Source: Acidimicrobiaceae bacterium (GTDB lineage: Bacteria > Actinomycetota > Acidimicrobiia > Acidimicrobiales > Aldehydirespiratoraceae). Taken from it: DNA of 64,000 nucleotides. The DNA lies in the NCBI GenBank assembly GCA_009844405.1, contig VYBO01000043.1, forward strand, positions 4,927 through 68,926, written 5' to 3'. Shown here piece by piece: positions 1-9,524 of this stretch. The notes below the pieces were generated by a model, which saw only the letters and a list, made by a program, of their open reading frames with translations, was not told the origin of the DNA and did no database searches. Numbering within the stretch: the stretch's first letter is position 1; each line of letters starts with the position of its first letter. A program made the translations under genes and the position numbers.

Positions 1-3000
1 AACGGGGACGGGTGCTGCTGACCGGGATCCAGGCGGTGGTGCGCCTGCCCATCGACCAGCACCGGGCCGACGCGGCCCGGGGGCTGCGCACGGCCACGTT
101 CATCTCCGGCTACCAGGGGTCGCCGCTGGGCACCGTCGACCTCACCATCGAGCGCAACCTGGACATGCTGACAGCCCACGACGTGGTGTGGGTGCCCGGC
201 GTCAACGAGGAGCTGGCCGCCACCGCGGTGTGGGGCAGCCAGGAGCCGCTGCTCGGGCCGCTCGCCCGGCACGACGGCGTGGTGGGCATGTGGTACGGCA
301 AGGGCCCGGGCGTGGACCGCTGCGGCGACGTGTTCAAGCACGGCAACTTCAAGGGCACCGCACCCAACGGCGGGGTGCTGGTGCTGGCCGGGGACGACCC
401 GATGGCCAAGTCGTCGACCCTGCCCACCCAGGTCGAGCCCGCCTTCTACGACGCCCAGATCCCCATCCTCTACCCCGGCTCGATGCAGGAGGTCATCGAC
501 CTGGGCCTGCACGGCATCGCCCTGTCGAGGTACTCGGGCCTGTGGGTGGCGTTCAAGGTCGTCACCACCGTCGCCGGCGGGTTCGGCATCGCCGAGGTGG
601 CCCCCGACCGGATCGTGCCCGTCGACCCCGAACTGGAGATCGACGGGAAGCCGTGGCACCACGTCCAGCGGCCCGGCCTGGTGACACCGCTGAGCCTCGA
701 GCAGGAGAAGGACATCGTCTACGGGCGCCTGGAGGCGGCGGCAGCCTACGCGGCGGCCAACGGCCTCAACGAGATCAGCGGGGCCACCGGAGCGGCCCGG
801 CTCGGTATCGCGGCCGCGGGCCGGACCTTCGGTGAGCTGCGCCAGGCCCTCAGCGACCTCGGCCTCGACGACGACGCCCTGCACCGCTTCGGGATCCGCC
901 TGCTGCGCATTGGCATGGTGTGGCCGCTCGAGCCCGGGATCGTCCGCCGCTTCGCCGCAGGCCTCAACGAGATCCTGGTGCTGGACGAGAAGCGGGCCTT
1001 CATCGAGCTGTTCGTGCGGGACATCCTCTACGGACGGGCGGGCGCACCCCGGGTGGTGGGCAAGACCGACGAACAGGGCCGCCGGCTGGTGCCCGCCGAC
1101 GGCGAACTCAGCGCCGACCGGATCGCGGTGGCTGTCGCCGACCGGCTCCGCTCAGGGGTGCTGGGAGGCGGGGTGGGCGCCCTGCCGATGGCGATGGAGG
1201 CCCGCCTGGCCCTCATCGAGGCGGCCTCGAAGGCCGGGGCCGCGGTCCTGTCCCGCGCGCCGTACTGGTGCAGCGGCTGCCCCCACAACCGCTCCACCGC
1301 GGTGCCCGAGGGCTCGTTCGCGGCGGCCGGGGTGGGCTGCCACGCCATGGCCCTGTGGATCGACGACCGGGCCCAGGTCGTCCATCAGATGGGAGGCGAG
1401 GGCGCCACCTGGATCGGCCGGGCGCCGTTCACCGACCGGACCCACATGTTCCAGAACGTCGGCGACGGCACGTTCTTCCACTCGGCCAGCCTGGCGGTGC
1501 GGGCCGCGGTGGCGGCCGGCGTCGACATCACCTACAAGATCCTCTACAACGGCGCGGTCGCCATGACCGGCGGCCAGGACGTGGCCGGTGCCATCGGCGT
1601 GCCGGAGCTGACCCAGTCGATGGCCGCCGAGGGCGTGAGCCGCACCATCGTGTGCAGCGACGACCCGGACCGTCACGCCGGCGGCGGGCCGCTGGCCCCC
1701 GGCGCCGAGGTCTGGGGCCGGGACCGCCTCGACGAGGCCCAGATCGCCCTGCGGGACACGCCGGGCGTGACCGTGCTCATCTACGACCAGCAGTGCGCGG
1801 CCACCAAGCGCCGGGAGCGCAAGCGGGGCCTGCGCCCCACCCCGACCAAACGCATCTTCATCAACGAGGCGGTGTGCGAGGGATGCGGCGACTGCGGGGC
1901 CAAGAGCCATTGCCTGTCGGTGCAGCCGGTCGACACCGAGCTGGGCACCAAGACCCGCATTCACCAGTCGTCGTGCAACTTCGACTACACCTGCATCGAG
2001 GGGGACTGCCCGTCGTTCATCCGGGTCAAGACGCGTCCAGCCAAGACCGGGCCGGCCGGGGCCAAGACGCCTCCAGCCGGTGCAGCAAGGACTATGCGGG
2101 CCCAGCCTCCCGCCGACATCGCCGAGCCGGACCGGCCCGTTCCCGGTCCCGACGGGTACGGGGTGTTCATGGCGGGCGTGGGCGGCACGGGCGTGGTGAC
2201 CGTCAGCCAGGTGCTGGCCACCGCGGCCCTGCTCGACGGCCTCGACATCCTGGGCCTCGACCAGACCGGGCTCAGCCAGAAGGGCGGGCCGGTGGTGTCG
2301 CACCTGCGCTTCTTCGGTGGCGTTGCCTCCGGCGCGAACCTGATCGGCGCAGGCGACGCCGACTGCTACCTGGGACTGGACCTGCTGGTGGCGGCCGACC
2401 CCAAGAACCTGGCCAAGGCCGACCCCGAACGCACCCTGGCGGTGACGTCGACCAGCAAGCTGCCCACCGGCCACATGGTGGCCCACGTGGACGAGACATA
2501 CCCCGAAATCGACGGGATGCTGGCCGCCATCGACGGCGCCACCCGGGCCAGCGCCAGCATCCGCCTCGACGCCGACCGGATGGCCGACGCCCTGCTGGGC
2601 ACGGCCATGCCGGCCAACGTGCTCGCTCTGGGGGCCGCCTACCAGGCCGGCGGCATCCCGGTGTCGGCCGCCTCCATCGAAGAGGCCATCAAGCTGAACG
2701 GGGTGGCGGTGGCAGCCAACATCGCCGCCTTCCGGTGGGGGCGGGTCTACGTGCGCGAGGGCGCCGACGGCCTGGTCAGCCTGGCCGGAGTGTCGCCTGC
2801 GGCAGCGCTGCCGGAGACAGCCGCAGCCGCGCCCGGCCTGGGCCTCGACTCGGTACCGGCCAGAGCCAAGGCGACGGCCCGGGCACTGCTGCAGAGGTCC
2901 GGGCTGGCCACGGTGCCAACAGACGGCGCCGCGGCCCTGGCCGAGATGGTGGAGCGGCGGGCCGCCGACCTTGCGGACTACCAGTCGGCCTCGCTCGCCT

Positions 3001-3584
3001 CGGAGTACGTGGACTTCGTGGACGCGGCCTCGGCCCGCGAGCGCGAGGTGATGGGCGAGCGGACCGAACTGGCCGAAGCGGTGGCACGCTACCTGCACAA
3101 GCTGATCGCCTACAAGGACGAGTACGAGGTGGCCCGGCTGCACCTGCGCCCCGGCCTGCACGAGGCGATGCGCGACGCGGTGGGCGACTACGCCGGCTAC
3201 CGCATCCTGCTGCACCCGCCAGCGCTGCGGGCCCTGGGACTGAAGCGCAAGATCTCGCTGGGACCGCTCCAGCGGCCCGCGCTGGCGGTGCTGAAGGCGA
3301 TGCGCAGGCTGCGGGGCACGCCCCTCGACCTGTTCGGCTACGCCAAGGTCCGCCGGGTCGAGCGGCAACTCGTCGCCGACTACCGGGCCCTGTTGGAAGC
3401 CGAGTTGAACTCCCTCACGCCGGGCACCTACGAGCGAGCGGTGAAGCTGGCCCAGCTCCCCGACGTGATCAGGGGCTACGAGGACGTGAAGCTGGCGGGA
3501 GTGGAGCGCTTCGGTGAGCAGGTGCGAGCCGTCCGCAGCCCCGACACCCGACCGGTGGCGCTCACGACGAAGCCAGCCGGCTAG
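1..3584 (+). CDS. Indolepyruvate/2-oxoacid:ferredoxin oxidoreductase family protein (fused alpha-beta form), 5' end outside window
   Basis: ORF 12..3584. N-terminus LTGIQAVVRLPIDQ...ISGYQGSPLG is typical of IorA-like TPP enzymes. There is a ferredoxin-type cluster, CEGCGDCGAKSHC. The frame stays open to base 3, so the true start lies upstream of the window. Confidence 0.85.
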   Translation, partial: RGRVLLTGIQAVVRLPIDQHRADAARGLRTATFISGYQGSPLGTVDLTIERNLDMLTAHDVVWVPGVNEELAATAVWGSQEPLLGPLARHDGVVGMWYGKGPGVDRCGDVFKHGNFKGTAPNGGVLVLAGDDPMAKSSTLPTQVEPAFYDAQIPILYPGSMQEVIDLGLHGIALSRYSGLWVAFKVVTTVAGGFGIAEVAPDRIVPVDPELEIDGKPWHHVQRPGLVTPLSLEQEKDIVYGRLEAAAAYAAANGLNEISGATGAARLGIAAAGRTFGELRQALSDLGLDDDALHRFGIRLLRIGMVWPLEPGIVRRFAAGLNEILVLDEKRAFIELFVRDILYGRAGAPRVVGKTDEQGRRLVPADGELSADRIAVAVADRLRSGVLGGGVGALPMAMEARLALIEAASKAGAAVLSRAPYWCSGCPHNRSTAVPEGSFAAAGVGCHAMALWIDDRAQVVHQMGGEGATWIGRAPFTDRTHMFQNVGDGTFFHSASLAVRAAVAAGVDITYKILYNGAVAMTGGQDVAGAIGVPELTQSMAAEGVSRTIVCSDDPDRHAGGGPLAPGAEVWGRDRLDEAQIALRDTPGVTVLIYDQQCAATKRRERKRGLRPTPTKRIFINEAVCEGCGDCGAKSHCLSVQPVDTELGTKTRIHQSSCNFDYTCIEGDCPSFIRVKTRPAKTGPAGAKTPPAGAARTMRAQPPADIAEPDRPVPGPDGYGVFMAGVGGTGVVTVSQVLATAALLDGLDILGLDQTGLSQKGGPVVSHLRFFGGVASGANLIGAGDADCYLGLDLLVAADPKNLAKADPERTLAVTSTSKLPTGHMVAHVDETYPEIDGMLAAIDGATRASASIRLDADRMADALLGTAMPANVLALGAAYQAGGIPVSAASIEEAIKLNGVAVAANIAAFRWGRVYVREGADGLVSLAGVSPAAALPETAAAAPGLGLDSVPARAKATARALLQRSGLATVPTDGAAALAEMVERRAADLADYQSASLASEYVDFVDAASAREREVMGERTELAEAVARYLHKLIAYKDEYEVARLHLRPGLHEAMRDAVGDYAGYRILLHPPALRALGLKRKISLGPLQRPALAVLKAMRRLRGTPLDLFGYAKVRRVERQLVADYRALLEAELNSLTPGTYERAVKLAQLPDVIRGYEDVKLAGVERFGEQVRAVRSPDTRPVALTTKPAG

Positions 3585-3592
3585 CGCAGGGC

Positions 3593-4009
3593 TTGTTCGA
3601 GGCCGACGCTGCACCCGCCGCGCCCGCGGCGTTGCCGCAGAACCCCGACGTCGGCACGGGTATCGATGTGGTCTTCCCGCCCGAGAACCGGCAGCTCATC
3701 GAGCGGATCGTCCGCAGCGGCGCGGTAGTGTCGCAGTTCCCGCCCGGCCTTCGCCCGTCCAAGACCAGCTTCCCGGTGCGCAACGCTGTGGTCGCCGGGC
3801 TGTCCAGTGCCAGTGTGATCATCGAGGCCGAGGAACTCAGCGGCACCCGCATCGAGATGGACTACAGCCTCGAGTTCGACCGGCCGGTTCTCCTGTGGGC
3901 GCCCGTGCTGGGCAGCAGACCCTGGGCGCGCAGCCTCGCCGCCGCTGAAGACAACGTCCACCTGGTGTGCTCAGCGTCGGAGATCCGGGAACTGGCCTTC
4001 CAGCATTGA
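3593..4009 (+). pseudogene. dprA: DprA/Smf (DNA-processing protein A) C-terminal fragment, N-terminal ~150+ aa missing
   Basis: GIDVVFPPENRQLIERIV...VSQFPPG..P....FPVRNAVVAGLS..SVIIEA...SG matches the conserved DprA Rossmann core from its second half onward. It is only 138 aa and begins 9 nt after the upstream stop. Confidence 0.6.
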
Positions 4010-4010
4010 G

Positions 4011-4262
4011 ATGAACCAGGCGCTCGCCGCTCTCGGAGATTCGCTCGCGCCCGACTGCGTCGCCGTGCCGATGCAGGGGCCCGATGTGTGCTCCATCTGC
4101 CGGGGACATCGCGAGGAGGCAGATGATCTCTGCGACAGTTGCACCGTCTGCCACCAGACTCTCGGGTCCCTCCGCCCGGTCGTGCCGATATCGCTGCGTG
4201 CGAAGCAATCAACAATGCGAGACCGACTGCGGGATTACAAGGACAGCGACGCGGCCAGCTGA
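4011..4262 (+). pseudogene. ComF-like (phosphoribosyltransferase family) N-terminal zinc-finger fragment, PRTase domain missing
   Basis: The 83-aa ORF carries CSICRG...CDSCTVC followed by ...DRLRDYKDS, resembling the ComF N-terminus (CxxC..CxxC then the Y..l...l..yK motif). It stops before any PRT domain. Confidence 0.4.
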
Positions 4263-4325
4263 TGCGGAGCGGCCACCAGAGTCCGGGCTACGGTACACCG
4301 GGCGGCCCGGCACCCGGGCCAGGTC

Positions 4326-5270
4326 TTGGCCCGGACGGGAGGGAGCGCGTTGCTTCGGTGGCTCGCGAGACGCATCATCGCCGCCGCGCTGGTGGTGTTC
4401 GTCGTCACCTCCCTGGTCTTCGTGGTCACCCACGTATTCACCGACCCGGCCACGGTGTCGCTGCCGCTGGAGGCCAGCGAGGAGCACCGGGCCCAGCGCC
4501 GGGCCGCCCTCGGGATCGACCGCCCGCTGGGAGTGCAGTACTGGGACTTCGTGTCGGGCCTGGTGGTCGGTGACCTCGGCGAATCCTTCTGGCAGAACCA
4601 GCCCGCCTCCAAACTCGTGCTGGAGCGGCTGCCGGCCACCCTCAAGCTCGTGGCGGGGGCCACCGCGGTCACGGTGCTGCTGGCCGCGCCCATGGGAATG
4701 CTGGCCGCCTGGTGGGAGCGCCGCTTCCCCGACCACGCCGTGCTCGGCTTCTCGATGGCGTCCATCAGCGCCCCGCCGTTCTGGATCGGCTACCTGCTCA
4801 TCATCGTCTTCGCGGTGCAGCTCGGATGGGTGCCGACCTTCGGCTCGCGGGGATTCGCATCGCTGATCCTCCCGTCGTTCGCGATAGGCCTCGCCAGCGC
4901 CGGCCGCCTCGCGCAGATGACCCGCCGGGGCATCGTGGAGGAGTTGCGCAAGCCATACGCGGTGACCGCCCTGTCGCGGGGCTTCTCCCGGTCGTACACG
5001 ATCGTGCACCACACGTTCCGCAACGTGGCCTCGGGCTTCGTGACGATGACCGGCTGGGAGCTGACCCGCATGTTCACCGGCTACACGGTGGTGATCGAAG
5101 TGGTGTTCGCCTGGCCCGGAGTGGGCCGCCTAGCCGTCCAAGCCATCGAGGGCCGGGACCTGATCCTGGTGCAGGCCGCAGTGGTGGTGCTGGCCACGCT
5201 GGTGGTGGTCACCAACCTGCTAGTGGACATAGCCCGCCGGATGATCGATCCCCGGGTGGAACTGGCATGA
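4326..5270 (+). CDS. ABC transporter permease, DppB/OppB (peptide/nickel) family
   Basis: 314 aa with multiple TM segments. N-terminal RRIIAAALVVFVVTSLVFV and the binding-protein-dependent transport signature region are present. TTG start. The stop overlaps the next ATG (ATGA at 5267-5270). Confidence 0.9.
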   Translation: MARTGGSALLRWLARRIIAAALVVFVVTSLVFVVTHVFTDPATVSLPLEASEEHRAQRRAALGIDRPLGVQYWDFVSGLVVGDLGESFWQNQPASKLVLERLPATLKLVAGATAVTVLLAAPMGMLAAWWERRFPDHAVLGFSMASISAPPFWIGYLLIIVFAVQLGWVPTFGSRGFASLILPSFAIGLASAGRLAQMTRRGIVEELRKPYAVTALSRGFSRSYTIVHHTFRNVASGFVTMTGWELTRMFTGYTVVIEVVFAWPGVGRLAVQAIEGRDLILVQAAVVVLATLVVVTNLLVDIARRMIDPRVELA

Positions 5271-6226
5271 CCGCCACAGACGACACGATGGCATCGGAAG
5301 CCGGCACCGGCGCCGCCGATGCGGCCCCGCCCGAGGGCGTCACCGTCCTTGCCGACCTGCGATCGCACCTGCGCAAGTCCAAGGCAGGCATCTCGGGCAT
5401 CATCATCTGCTCGCTGTTCGCGCTGGTGGCCATCCTCGGACCGTGGCTGCCACTCATCAAGGATCCCACCAAGCAGAGCCTGCCCGACAGGCTCACGCCC
5501 CCGGTGGGCTGGGGCGGAACTTGGGCCCATCCCCTCGGCACCGACCAACTCGGGCGCGACATCCTGGCCCGCCTCATCGACGGCGCCCGCATCTCGCTGC
5601 TGGTGAGCGTGACCGCGGTCATAATCGCGGCCATCCTGGGCACCGTCCTCGGACTCGTCGCGGGCTACATCGGCGGGAGGATCGACACCCTCATCGTCTC
5701 GGCCGCCGACGTGCAGATGGCCTTCCCGGGCGTGCTGGCCGGGCTGATCCTGGTGGCCGCGTTCGGCCCGAGCGTGTGGCTGGTCATCATCGTCGTCGCC
5801 ATCTCCAGCTGGATGGTGTTCACCAGGGTGGGCCGGAACCTGGTGCTCACCCTCAAGACCTCGCTGTTCGTGGAGGCCTCCGAGCTCAGCGGCACGCCGT
5901 CGAGCCGGGTCATGTGGCGTCACCTGCTGCCCAACCTGGTCAGCTCGCTGATCACGCTGTGCGTGCTGGAGCTGGCCGCGGCCATACTGGCGGAGTCGGC
6001 GTTCGCCTTCCTCGGCTTCGGAGTGCAGCCGCCCCGCTCGTCATGGGGGCTGATGATCCAGCAGGGCCGCAACTACGTCACCGGCGACGGGTGGTGGATC
6101 GTGACCTTCGCCGGCCTGGCCATCGCCATCGTGGTGCTGGGCGTCAACCTGCTGTCGCTGTGGCTCCAGTCGTTCAACGACGTGGCCGAGCGGGAGCAGA
6201 TCATCCTGGAGAGGCCGGGCGCCTGA
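5267..6226 (+). CDS. ABC transporter permease, DppC/OppC family
   Basis: In frame with track ORF 4712..6226. ATG at 5267 overlaps the upstream stop. Sequence LGTDQLGRDILARLIDGARISL is typical of DppC/OppC. Confidence 0.9.
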   Translation: MTATDDTMASEAGTGAADAAPPEGVTVLADLRSHLRKSKAGISGIIICSLFALVAILGPWLPLIKDPTKQSLPDRLTPPVGWGGTWAHPLGTDQLGRDILARLIDGARISLLVSVTAVIIAAILGTVLGLVAGYIGGRIDTLIVSAADVQMAFPGVLAGLILVAAFGPSVWLVIIVVAISSWMVFTRVGRNLVLTLKTSLFVEASELSGTPSSRVMWRHLLPNLVSSLITLCVLELAAAILAESAFAFLGFGVQPPRSSWGLMIQQGRNYVTGDGWWIVTFAGLAIAIVVLGVNLLSLWLQSFNDVAEREQIILERPGA

Positions 6227-6314
6227 GATGGGCCGACGCCGCTTCGCACCCGACTCTTGCGCGGGCTGGAAGAAGACGGGACTCACGACGACGAGCGCAG
6301 CCGAGAGGCCGGGG

Positions 6315-7319
6315 ATGAGCGGCGCGAGCCCGAACACCGGCGGTAGCACCGAGCGCCTGCTGGAGGTGAAGGACCTCACGGTGGGGTTCCCCACCCGGGA
6401 CGGGATCGTGCGGGGCGTGGACCGCCTGACCCTCAACGTCGGCTCGCACGAGCGCCTCGGCGTGGTGGGCGAGTCGGGCTCGGGCAAGAGCGTCATGGGG
6501 CTGGCCATCCTGGGCATGGTCCTGCCCCCGGGCCGGATCATGGGGGGCTCGGTGCGCTGGCGGGGCGAGGACGTGCTCGACCCAGCGGTGGCCGGCCGGG
6601 TGCGGGGCCGGGAGATAGCCATGATCTTCCAGGATCCGATGGTGTCGCTCAACCCGCTCAAGACAGTCGGCTCGCAGCTGCGCGAGCTGCTGAAGCGCAG
6701 GGTCGGCCTGCAGGGTCCCGCGATCAGGAGACGCTCGCTGGAGCTGCTCGACATGGTCGGCATAGCCAACGCAGGCGAGCGCCTGCGGGCCTACGCGTAC
6801 GAGCTGTCGGGCGGGATGCGCCAGCGGGTGATGATCGCCACCGCGCTGGCCTGCGAACCGACGCTGGTCATCGCGGACGAGCCGACCACGGGACTCGACG
6901 TGACCATCCAGGACCAGATCCTCGCCCTGCTGCACGACCTGTCCACCGAGCTCGGGATGTCGGTGCTGATGATCACCCACGACCTGGGAGTGGTGGCCCA
7001 GTTCTGTGACCGGGTGCAGGTGATGTACGCCGGCCGCATCGTGGAGCGGGCCCCGATCAACGAGATGTTCGCCGATCCCCAGCACCCCTACTCGCTCGGC
7101 CTGCTCCATTCGGTGCCCCGCGTCGACCGCGACGACGGCGAGTTGACCGGCATCCCGGGCGAGCCGCTGGACCGGGCCCGATTCCCGCCGGGCTGCGCGT
7201 TCGAGCCCCGATGCAGCGAGGCCCGCGGCGGCTGCCGCGACGCCCCGCCGCCGCTGCTGAAGACCGCCGACAGGCGCTGGGTGGCCTGCTACAACCGCCC
7301 CGCGGAGGGATCGGCGTGA
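6315..7319 (+). CDS. ABC transporter ATP-binding protein, DppD/OppD type
   Basis: Walker A GESGSGKS, signature LSGGMRQR and Walker [13 protein letters not shown] are present, plus the C-terminal oligopeptide-type extension. ATG at 6315 is preceded by GAGAGG. The track start at 6228 is an alternative. Confidence 0.9.
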   Translation: MSGASPNTGGSTERLLEVKDLTVGFPTRDGIVRGVDRLTLNVGSHERLGVVGESGSGKSVMGLAILGMVLPPGRIMGGSVRWRGEDVLDPAVAGRVRGREIAMIFQDPMVSLNPLKTVGSQLRELLKRRVGLQGPAIRRRSLELLDMVGIANAGERLRAYAYELSGGMRQRVMIATALACEPTLVIADEPTTGLDVTIQDQILALLHDLSTELGMSVLMITHDLGVVAQFCDRVQVMYAGRIVERAPINEMFADPQHPYSLGLLHSVPRVDRDDGELTGIPGEPLDRARFPPGCAFEPRCSEARGGCRDAPPPLLKTADRRWVACYNRPAEGSA

Positions 7320-7350
7320 ACGGATGCGACCCACCCCGAGAGGCACTGAC

Positions 7351-8316
7351 ATGAACGCGCCGGTGACACCGCTGGTGGAGAGCCGGGACGTCAGCGTCCA
7401 CTACACACGGTGGGTCGGCAGCCGCCGGCGGACCGTCTACGCGCTGGACGACTTCAGCATCGCGGTGGCGCCGGGCGAGACGGTGGGCCTGGTGGGCGAA
7501 TCGGGCTGCGGCAAGTCCACCGCGGGCCGGGCGCTGCTGGGAGCGGTGAAGCCGACCAAGGGCCAGGTGATCTTCGAGGGCAGGGACGTGACCGACCTGA
7601 GCCGGCGGAACTGGCGGGCCATGCGCAAGAACGTCCAGATGATCTTCCAGGACCCCTACTCGGCGCTCAACCCCAAGATCAAGATCCGCGACAGCATCGC
7701 CGAGCCGTTCCTGGTGCACACCCGCAAACGGGGCGCGGAGCTGGACGCGGCGGTGGGCGAGCTGCTGGAGACGGTGGGCATGACCGCCGGCGCGGCCGAC
7801 AAGTACCCGCACGCCTTCTCGGGCGGCCAGCGCCAGCGGATCGTGATCGCCCGGGCCCTGGCGCTGCATCCCTCCTTCGTGGTGGCCGACGAGGCCACCG
7901 CCGCCCTCGACGTGTCGATCCAGGCCCAGATCGTGAACCTGCTGGTCGAGCTCAAGGACACCGTGGGACTGTCGTACCTGTTCATCTCCCACAACCTGGC
8001 CGTGGTGCGCCACGTGTCGGACCGGGTGGCCATCATGTACCTGGGCCACCTGATGGAGATCGGCAGCCACCACGACATCTACGAGAACCCGACCCACCCC
8101 TACTCCAAGGCCCTGCTCTCGGCGGTGCCCGTGCCCGACCCGACTACCCGCGGCAACCACGAGCCCCTCAAGGGCGACCTGCCCAGCCCCATGGACCCGC
8201 CGAAGGGCTGCCGGTTCAACACCCGCTGCCCCCTAGCAGTGGACCAGTGCTTCCACGAGCGCCCCCCGCTGACGGAGCGCTCCAGCGGCCACCTGGTGGC
8301 CTGCTGGGTGAATTGA
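7351..8316 (+). CDS. ABC transporter ATP-binding protein, DppF/OppF type
   Basis: Walker A GESGCGKST, signature FSGGQRQR and Walker B FVVADEATAALD are present, plus the C-terminal PPKGCRFNTRCP motif. The track start at 7324 is an alternative. Confidence 0.9.
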   Translation: MNAPVTPLVESRDVSVHYTRWVGSRRRTVYALDDFSIAVAPGETVGLVGESGCGKSTAGRALLGAVKPTKGQVIFEGRDVTDLSRRNWRAMRKNVQMIFQDPYSALNPKIKIRDSIAEPFLVHTRKRGAELDAAVGELLETVGMTAGAADKYPHAFSGGQRQRIVIARALALHPSFVVADEATAALDVSIQAQIVNLLVELKDTVGLSYLFISHNLAVVRHVSDRVAIMYLGHLMEIGSHHDIYENPTHPYSKALLSAVPVPDPTTRGNHEPLKGDLPSPMDPPKGCRFNTRCPLAVDQCFHERPPLTERSSGHLVACWVN

Positions 8317-9494
8317 GCGAACCGGTCACCAGCGCCGCCGGCGGCACAGGCGACAGCGAGAGCGGCCTGACCGCCCGCTGGGTGACGTTCGGCTACCTGT
8401 TCACGCTGTACTTCATCCTCGGCGGGGCCGAGACCATGATGTCGCCGCTGTTCCCGCTGGTGGAGCCCGACCTGGACATCACCGAGAGCAACCTGGCCGC
8501 CATCCTGGCCTCGGTGTCGGCGGGCATCGCCGCGTTCAACATCCTCGGCGGCATCAGCAGCCGCTGGCTCAGCGACCGGTCGATGGTCCGGGCCTCAGCG
8601 ACGGCGCTGGCGGCAGGGATGGTGCTGTCGGCCGTGGCCCAGACCTTCTGGGTGCTGCTCATCGGCCAGACCCTGCTGGGCGTGGCCTTCGGGATCTACT
8701 TCCCGCCCGGTCTGGCCAGCGTGGCCCGGCTGTACCGGGGCGCGGAGGGCAAGGCCATCGCGGTGTGGGGCTAGGCGTACTCGTTCGGTCTTGCCGCGGC
8801 CGCGCTGAGCGTGTTCGCCGGAGAGAACTGGCGCTGGGTGTACGTCGGTTGCGCGGTTCCGTCGCTGCTGGCCATCGCCTACGTGCCCCGGTGGGTGGAG
8901 GCCGACCGGGGCACAGCCCCGGAGCCCTGGCTGGCCCAGCTCGTGCAGTACGCCCGCAAGCAGACGTACCGGCTGGCCGGCTACGCCAGCTTCGGCGGGG
9001 TGTCGATGCACTTCGTGGTGATCGGCTTCTCGCCGGTGTTCTTCGAGAGCCAGGGCGTGGACCTGAGGCTGGTGGGCGTGCTGCTGGCCGCAGGCCGCTT
9101 CCTGTCGGCCCCGGTCAAGCTGGTGGGCGGCGCCATGTACGACCGGCGGGGCGGACCGTGGACGGCCCGGTTGATGATGGTGAGCACCGCAGTGCTGGGA
9201 CTGCCGATGCTGCTGCTGCCGGCCCAGGTCGGCGTGTGGATGCTGGTGCCCTTCGTCGGGATGGCGGTGTCGGTGTTGCCGGTGTCCAACGCCATGCTGG
9301 TGGCGGCGCTGCCGGCCCAGTCGGGCTGGGGCATTGGCACGTTCCGGGCCGGGCTGCTGGGCTCGGCCGCCCTGCTGTCGGCCATCATGAGCGGCCTGCT
9401 GAGCCTGGGCGTGCCCCTGTCCGCGCTGATGCTGGCCGCTCTGGGCCTGCCCGCCCTAGTGGCCGTAGCCATGCATCGGGCCGCGGCGTGCTAG
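8313..9494 (+). pseudogene. MFS transporter interrupted by a single in-frame TAG (8772-8774)
   Basis: Track ORFs 7410..8774 (C-terminal part) and 8811..9494 are in the same frame (both coordinates are 0 mod 3). Reading through gives ...GKAIAVWG*AYSFGLAAAALSVFAGENWRWVYV, a continuous MFS helix pattern. A TTG at 8313 overlaps the dppF-like stop. Confidence 0.75.
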
Positions 9495-9524
9495 AGCAAT
9501 AAAGCACTCAGTGCCCGGGTTCGG

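Noticed and set aside
2027-2077. caagacgc[g/c]tccagcc repeated 35 bp apart in the oxidoreductase linker, considered as a fourth duplication-plus-filler event.
   Set aside because: It is only 16 nt, imperfect, of different size, and lies in a low-complexity Pro/Ala/Gly/Lys/Thr-rich interdomain linker (AKTGPAGAKTPPAG). It is consistent with ordinary in-frame slippage.
920-3614. Very long ORFs overlapping the oxidoreductase gene (920..3517 plus strand, 865 aa; 1152..3614 minus strand, 820 aa).
   Set aside because: Their translations are Arg/Gly/Pro/Ala-rich low-complexity strings with no motifs. They overlap a gene with clear family signatures. This is the typical stop-codon-poor alternative-frame artefact of ~70% GC DNA.
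4084-5012. Overlapping ORFs 4084..4866, 4139..4573 and 4209..5012 around the dppB-like start.
   Set aside because: These are alternative frames of the permease gene and the ComF-like fragment. They have no motifs and are Arg/Pro-rich.
8772-8774. In-frame TAG in the MFS gene as a pyrrolysine codon or programmed read-through.
   Set aside because: There is no pyl gene context and no obvious downstream recoding structure. MFS transporters are not known Pyl proteins. A nonsense mutation or sequencing error is far more likely.
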